Shown one piece after another: positions 24,240-28,972 of a DNA stretch of 28,972 nucleotides. How positions within the stretch are numbered: the first letter of the stretch is position 1; every line of letters begins with the position of its first letter. A model generated the notes under the pieces. That model had not been told where the DNA came from. It saw only the letters and a list, made by a program, of their open reading frames with translations, and searched no databases. Source of the DNA: a virus (lineage: Duplodnaviria; Heunggongvirae; Uroviricota; Caudoviricetes). The stretch lies in IMG/VR virus record IMGVR_UViG_3300002835_000086, one strand, 5' to 3'. The position numbers were made by a program, and so were the translations under genes.

Positions 24240-26531
24240 ATGGAAAAACCAAAAATTTATCTTCACGGTTCTTATATTGGAACAACAGGTTACAATAACC
24301 ACACTCGTGATTTTTTAAGAGAATTAGTTAAACACACACCTGTTAAGGTTAGAAACTTTACTGTTGGTAGCACTTGGGATGGTTATAATCCAACCCCCCA
24401 CGATAACGAACCATACATTAATGATGTTGATAAATCAATGTTGTATAAACAAATTTTATACAACTCTGAAGGTAAGTTATCAGATTACGATATCTACCCT
24501 GACAAATCAAAAGAGTTTTTTCCTGATGTGAATATTGTATTGAGTGAGACTAATCACCATATATTCTATCACGATTATATTGGTCCAAAGATTGCTTATA
24601 ACGTATGGGAATCTACTCTTCAACCTAAAGAGTTTTTCAATGAACTTTTGAAATACGATGAGATTTGGGTTCCGAGTAAATGGCAAATGGAATGTACCAT
24701 CAACCAAGGTGCAACCCCTGATAAAGTTAAGGTGGTCCCTGAGGGTGTCGATATCCATACATTCTTCCCTGAAGATGTTGAGAAATTGGAACAATACAAT
24801 GATGGTAGATTTAAATTCTTATTATTTGGTCGATGGGATTATAGAAAATCAACCAAGGAGATTATTGAAACTTTCTTGAAAACATTTTCTTCGGATGAAC
24901 CTGTGGATTTGGTTGTATCGATTGACAATATGTGGGGTGAAGAGATGGATGGTTATAAAACCACCGAAGAAAGATTGGTAGGTTATGGTTTAACAGACCC
25001 AAGAATCAAAATGATTCACTTCCCAACTCGTGAGGATTATATCAAATACCTTAAAACAGGACACGTATTTGTTTCTTGCGCACGTTCTGAAGGATGGAAT
25101 CTACCTCTTATTGAAGCGATGGCTTGTGGTACCCCATCTATTTATTCAGAGTGTTCTGCTCAAATGGAGTTTGCTGAAGGTAGAGGTATTCCTGTTAAGA
25201 TTATAGGTGAAAAACTTGCAAGCGCAAATGACTACGGTAGATATACAATGAGTGATTTACCAGGAAACTATTACGAACCTGATTTTGTGGACTTGTCAAG
25301 ACAGATGAGATATACGTATGAGAACTATAAAGAATGTAAATTAAAAGCCGTTCAAGACTCAATAGAAATTCATAAAGAATTCTCTTGGGAACGAATTGGT
25401 GAGATTGGTTACAAAACAGTTGTTGATTTTATGAAAAATTATAAATCCACTGATGCGGATACCAATAAAATTATGGTTTCATATCTTGATGGTCCAAAAG
25501 TTGAAATTGTGGGTGCTGAAGACAGAACTTATTTAATTGAGTTTTTGGATGAAAATGATGCTGTAATTCATTCACATACAATGAAAAATAATCATTGGGT
25601 TCAATGTGGTAGAAAATATTACACCAAATGGAAAATCCGTGTTAATGGTAAAATTGTTGAGGAGTTAGATTTAACAGGAAAAAGAGTTTTAATCTCTTTT
25701 GAATCAAAATCAATTGGTGATACAATTGCTTGGGCACCTTACGCTGTTGAGTTTCAAAAGAAACATAACTGCCAAGTTATTCTAAGCACATTTCATAACA
25801 AATGGTTTAAACAAAACCCTAACTATCAGGATATTGAATTTATCGAACCTGGTATGGTCACAAATTGTCACGCACTTTATAGGATTGGTTGGATTAAATC
25901 TGACGAAGGTAAGTGGAACAAATATGATTCTTACCCTAACCCGATTCAAACTTTACCATTACAACAAACTGCAACAGACATCCTTGGTTTAAATTATGTT
26001 GAAAGAAACTACGGTTTATACTTTGATGTTAAACCGAGAACAATCAAAAACAAATATGTTGTTTTAGCCCCCGAGTCGACTGCAGGTTGTAAAGAATGGA
26101 CTTATGAAGGGTGGTGTTATTTGACAGACCAATTAATTAAAAAAGGTTATGAAGTCGTCATTTTAACAACAAAACCATATCAAGTAAAAGGTGCAAAATG
26201 TATTCACGGTAAACCATTAAACGACGCTCTTAATATCCTTTATCATTCAGAATTCTTGGTTTCGCCAAGTTCAGGTATGGCTTGGATGAATTGGGGTGTT
26301 GGTAAACACACTGTAATGATTAGTGGATTTACACCTAAACATCACGAGTTCCAAACTAATATTACAAGAATTATTAATGAACATTCTTGTAACTCTTGTT
26401 GGGCAAATATCAACTTTAAGTTTGACCCAGGAGATTGGGATTGGTGTCCAATTTGGAAAGGTACCGAAAAACAACACATTTGTGAAAAATCAATTTCGCC
26501 ACTAACAGTTCTTAATAGTTTACCAATATGA
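24240..26531 (+). CDS. Fusion of GT4 glycosyltransferase and Aah/TibC-type autotransporter O-heptosyltransferase
   Basis: N-half: TTGY, VWE, VPSKWQ, PEGVD, GRWDYRK, EGWNLPLIEAMACG (GT4). C-half from ~25473: N-terminal barrel ending RKYYTKWKI, RVLISFESKSIGDTIAWAPY..FQKKHNC, ESTAGCKEW, SSGMAW, ISGFT, CNSCW-x15-C-x11-C four-Cys iron finger. Confidence 0.88.
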   Translation: MEKPKIYLHGSYIGTTGYNNHTRDFLRELVKHTPVKVRNFTVGSTWDGYNPTPHDNEPYINDVDKSMLYKQILYNSEGKLSDYDIYPDKSKEFFPDVNIVLSETNHHIFYHDYIGPKIAYNVWESTLQPKEFFNELLKYDEIWVPSKWQMECTINQGATPDKVKVVPEGVDIHTFFPEDVEKLEQYNDGRFKFLLFGRWDYRKSTKEIIETFLKTFSSDEPVDLVVSIDNMWGEEMDGYKTTEERLVGYGLTDPRIKMIHFPTREDYIKYLKTGHVFVSCARSEGWNLPLIEAMACGTPSIYSECSAQMEFAEGRGIPVKIIGEKLASANDYGRYTMSDLPGNYYEPDFVDLSRQMRYTYENYKECKLKAVQDSIEIHKEFSWERIGEIGYKTVVDFMKNYKSTDADTNKIMVSYLDGPKVEIVGAEDRTYLIEFLDENDAVIHSHTMKNNHWVQCGRKYYTKWKIRVNGKIVEELDLTGKRVLISFESKSIGDTIAWAPYAVEFQKKHNCQVILSTFHNKWFKQNPNYQDIEFIEPGMVTNCHALYRIGWIKSDEGKWNKYDSYPNPIQTLPLQQTATDILGLNYVERNYGLYFDVKPRTIKNKYVVLAPESTAGCKEWTYEGWCYLTDQLIKKGYEVVILTTKPYQVKGAKCIHGKPLNDALNILYHSEFLVSPSSGMAWMNWGVGKHTVMISGFTPKHHEFQTNITRIINEHSCNSCWANINFKFDPGDWDWCPIWKGTEKQHICEKSISPLTVLNSLPI

Positions 26532-27274
26532 TAGATTTATCAAACTTTGATTGGGGATGGATGAATCGTCCTGTTGAATACGATGTTGATGGTCAAGTAG
26601 AATATCTTTGGCACATAAATCCTAATGGGTCTAAAACTCATATGAGTGAATATCACAAAAACTCAATAATCAAAGAAATTTTTGAAGATAAATGTTACGA
26701 ACAATTTTTTGAGGTTGAGGAGGGTGATACTGTTTTAGATGTTGGTGCGAGTGTTGGTCCATTTACATATTCAATATTACACAAAAAACCAAAACAAGTT
26801 TATTGTTTTGAACCAAGCGAAAGAGAGTTTAAAACTTTGGTTAAAAACCTAAAGGGTCATCAAGTAATACCAATCCCAAAAGGTATATCAAATGTAAGCT
26901 CAATCGTTAAAAGTGATATGTTGTTTGGTGGCGAGGATGAAATGGAAACACTAACATTTAATCGTTTTATAAATCTGTACAACGTAGATAAAATAGATTT
27001 TATTAAGACTGATTGTGAGGGTGGTGAATATGATATTTTCACTCAAGATAATTTAGACTTTCTTCAAAATAATGTTAAAAAAATTGTTGGTGAGTGGCAT
27101 TTAAGAAGTCCCCAACTTAAAGATAAGTTTAGAAATTTCAGGGATAATATATTACCATACTTTAAACGATATAAAATATTTTCTGTTGATGGTATTGATA
27201 TTGCTTGGGATTTGTGGAACGACCATTTCATTGAGTATTATAATGAGGTCATAATACACATTGATAATCGTTAA
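26528..27274 (+). CDS. FkbM-family SAM methyltransferase
   Basis: VLDVGASVGPFT, YCFEP, DFIKTDCEGGEYDI; ATGA-coupled to the heptosyltransferase. Confidence 0.85.
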   Translation: MIDLSNFDWGWMNRPVEYDVDGQVEYLWHINPNGSKTHMSEYHKNSIIKEIFEDKCYEQFFEVEEGDTVLDVGASVGPFTYSILHKKPKQVYCFEPSEREFKTLVKNLKGHQVIPIPKGISNVSSIVKSDMLFGGEDEMETLTFNRFINLYNVDKIDFIKTDCEGGEYDIFTQDNLDFLQNNVKKIVGEWHLRSPQLKDKFRNFRDNILPYFKRYKIFSVDGIDIAWDLWNDHFIEYYNEVIIHIDNR

Positions 27275-27276
27275 AT

Positions 27277-27310
27277 AAAAAAGGGAGTCGTTTGACTCCC
27301 TTTTCTTTTA
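27277..27310. terminator. Bidirectional intrinsic terminator
   Basis: AAAAAA-GGGAGTC-GTTT-GACTCCC-TTTTCTTTT between convergent genes. Confidence 0.9.
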
Positions 27311-27314
27311 TATC

Positions 27315-28970
27315 TTATTCCTGTATCGGTTTGTATTCTAACAGAACCTTTGGAACATCCTTACGTTCTGCGAAGACTGTGTAGAAACAATTTGGAGTTC
27401 CATCTTGACAGTTGATGTAAACCTTATTGTTTTCAATCTTCTCAACCCAATGAACACAAGGTCCTCCGATTGGTGTGAGTTGGACTGACCAATCTGTGTC
27501 GTGAACAAGTCCTACCCAATAATCAGGGAGTTCAATCACTTTACTTGTTGCGTGTCCTCTGAAATAAACTCCATGTTCTGGACCTTCCAAGTTTCCATAT
27601 CTTAATCTCCACCCTTCTTTAGTTGGGTGAGGGATGTCGAACGATTTACTGTTTGCAGATATATTATTAAAGTTATTGATGTTTGCAACACCACCACCTT
27701 GGATGTTACCAACCGCAGCACTCATGTCAATATCACCACCAACAAGGACAATATTACCACCCGCAACTTCAACATTTCCACCATTGGTATCAATGGTTCC
27801 ACCGCCAGTGTCAATTCCACCTCCCGTAGTACTCAAGGTCGTACCGTCCCACGTTAAGTTGGTTTCTGCATTTAATTCACCCGCGGTGTTACTACCTGTA
27901 ATAACTCTATTATCAGCGTTATTGTTGATAGTTGCTGCTCCTGAAGTACCCGATGAACCACTTGAGCCAGATGTTCCTGATGAACCTGAAGTACCACTTG
28001 AGCCAGATGTTCCTGATGAACCTGAAGTTCCACTTGAACCTGATTTACCTGAAGAACCTGAGCTTCCGCTAGTTCCTGAAGAACCACTTGAGCCAGATGT
28101 TCCTGAAGAACCACTTGAACCTGATGTTCCTGAACTTCCTGAAGTACCAGATGAACCTGATGTTCCCGAACTTCCTGAAGTACCGCTTGAACCACTTGAG
28201 CCAGATGTTCCTGAACTTCCTGAAGTACCGCTTGAACCTGATGTTCCCGAACTTCCGCTAGTTCCTGATGAACCACTTGAGCCAGATGTTCCTGAACTTC
28301 CTGAAGTACCAGATGAACCTGATTTACCTGAAGAACCTGAGCTACCACTAGTTCCTGAAGAACCACTTGAGCCAGATGTTCCCGATGAACCACTTGTTCC
28401 ACTTGAACCTGAACTTCCGCTTGTTCCTGAAGAACCACTTGAACCTGAAGTACCAGATGAACCTGATGTACCTGATGAACCACTTGAACCGCTAGTTCCT
28501 GAAGAACCTGATGTACCTGATGAACCTGAGCTTCCGCTAGTTCCTGATGAACCTGAGCTACCTGATGTACCAGAACTTCCTGAAGTACCAGATGAACCTG
28601 AAGAACCACTTGTTCCACTTGAACCTGATGTACCACTTGAACCTGAGCTTCCGCTAGTTCCTGATGAACCACTTGAGCCAGATGTTCCCGAACTTCCTGA
28701 AGTACCAGATGAACCTGAAGTACCACTTGAACCTGAAGAACCGCTAGTTCCTGATGAACCTGAAGTACCACTTGAACCTGAAGTACCACTTGAACCTGAG
28801 CTTCCGCTAGTTCCTGATGAACCACTTGAGCCAGATGTTCCTGAAGAACCTGAAGTACCACTTGAGCCAGATGTTCCTGATGAACCTGATTTACCACTTG
28901 AACCAGAACTTCCTGAAGTACCACTTGAACCTGAAGAACCGCTAGTTCCTGATGAACCTGAAGTACCACT
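27315..28970 (-). CDS. Tail fibre-like protein, 5' end beyond window; (Gly-X-Ser)n shaft, INNNADNRVIT neck, Gly-rich heptads, conserved C-terminal KxFxIxHP...LEGPE domain
   Basis: The frame of track ORF 27315..27836 continues upstream without stop: ...SGTSGSSGTSG AATINNNADNRVITGSNTAGELNAETNLTWDGTTL STTGGGIDTGGG...KSFDIPHPTKEGWRLRYGNLEGPEHGVYFRG. At least 551 aa. Confidence 0.85.
   Translation of the reverse strand, partial: SGTSGSSGTSGSSGSSGTSGSSGSSGKSGSSGTSGSSGTSGSSGTSGSSGSSGTSGSSGSSGTSGSSGTSGSSGTSGSSGSSGTSGSSGTSGSSGTSGSSGSSGTSGSSGSSGTSGSSGTSGSSGSSGTSGSSGTSGSSGSSGTSGSSGSSGTSGSSGTSGSSGSSGTSGSSGTSGSSGSSGTSGSSGSSGTSGSSGTSGSSGSSGTSGSSGSSGKSGSSGTSGSSGTSGSSGSSGTSGSSGTSGSSGTSGSSGTSGSSGSSGTSGSSGTSGSSGTSGSSGTSGSSGSSGTSGSSGSSGTSGSSGSSGKSGSSGTSGSSGTSGSSGTSGSSGTSGSSGSSGTSGAATINNNADNRVITGSNTAGELNAETNLTWDGTTLSTTGGGIDTGGGTIDTNGGNVEVAGGNIVLVGGDIDMSAAVGNIQGGGVANINNFNNISANSKSFDIPHPTKEGWRLRYGNLEGPEHGVYFRGHATSKVIELPDYWVGLVHDTDWSVQLTPIGGPCVHWVEKIENNKVYINCQDGTPNCFYTVFAERKDVPKVLLEYKPIQE
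27939..28970 (-). repeat. Gly-X-Ser triplet array (GSS/GTS, rare GKS), at least 114 triplets
   Basis: Gly codons from 28967 to 27941 in a 9-nt register (1026/9 = 114); no Pro seen. Confidence 0.95.
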
Positions 28971-28972
28971 TG

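Larger units (their letters stand above)
1..28972. mobile_element. Segment of a large tailed bacteriophage genome (free phage or prophage; no host housekeeping genes or att site seen)
   Basis: Phage-type primase, RuvC-like resolvase, RecB-type nuclease, baseplate/tail-fibre-like genes, tight TAATG/ATGA gene coupling, almost no intergenic DNA. Confidence 0.88.

Noticed and set aside
24194-27319. 9-bp inverted repeat AATAAGATA / TATCTTATT flanking the + strand transferase-FkbM pair as an invertible cassette
   Set aside because: Short and AT-rich, overlaps a stop codon, and no recombinase is visible; chance is sufficient.
27872-28969. 365-aa ORF 'MVLQVHQELAV...' in the track
   Set aside because: Shifted-frame reading of the Gly-X-Ser array; the true frame joins the INNNADNRVIT neck and the conserved C-terminal domain.
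27939-28972. Open antisense frame reading (PEVPDEPLE)n on the + strand
   Set aside because: Automatic consequence of Gly/Ser/Thr codons; no start context, and it would run against the gene.
1-28972. tRNA, rRNA, riboswitch, intron or transposase
   Set aside because: Intergenic gaps are under 100 bp and none shows the needed structure; no transposase or homing-endonuclease motifs recognised.

Overview
AT-rich, gene-dense segment of a large tailed-phage genome, standard genetic code. The host is probably Bacteroidota: three exact TTTG-N19/20-TAnnTTTG promoters and SprB repeats are present. Left to right: (1) a replication/recombination block (partial conserved hypothetical, RecB-family PD-(D/E)XK nuclease, DnaG-type primase, RuvC-like resolvase); (2) a baseplate-like structural gene and four Cys-rich, Pro/Thr-linker ('mucin-like') putative fibre/appendage proteins; (3) a ~13.4 kb glycan-modification cluster: split HldE kinase and nucleotidyltransferase, cupin, sulfotransferase-like, HldD epimerase, SET methyltransferase, two duplicated orphan GT-like families, tandem sugar O-methyltransferases, two acetyltransferases, a short DegT aminotransferase, a GT4 plus Aah/TibC-type protein O-heptosyltransferase fusion with the four-Cys iron finger, and FkbM; (4) the 3' part of a tail-fibre gene with at least 114 uninterrupted Gly-X-Ser triplets, which the ORF track translated in the wrong frame. 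Main hypothesis: a phage-encoded protein O-heptosylation/glycosylation system that makes its own nucleotide-heptose and decorates Ser/Thr-rich virion fibres. Family calls rest on motifs read by eye; no database search was run, so novelty is unverified.
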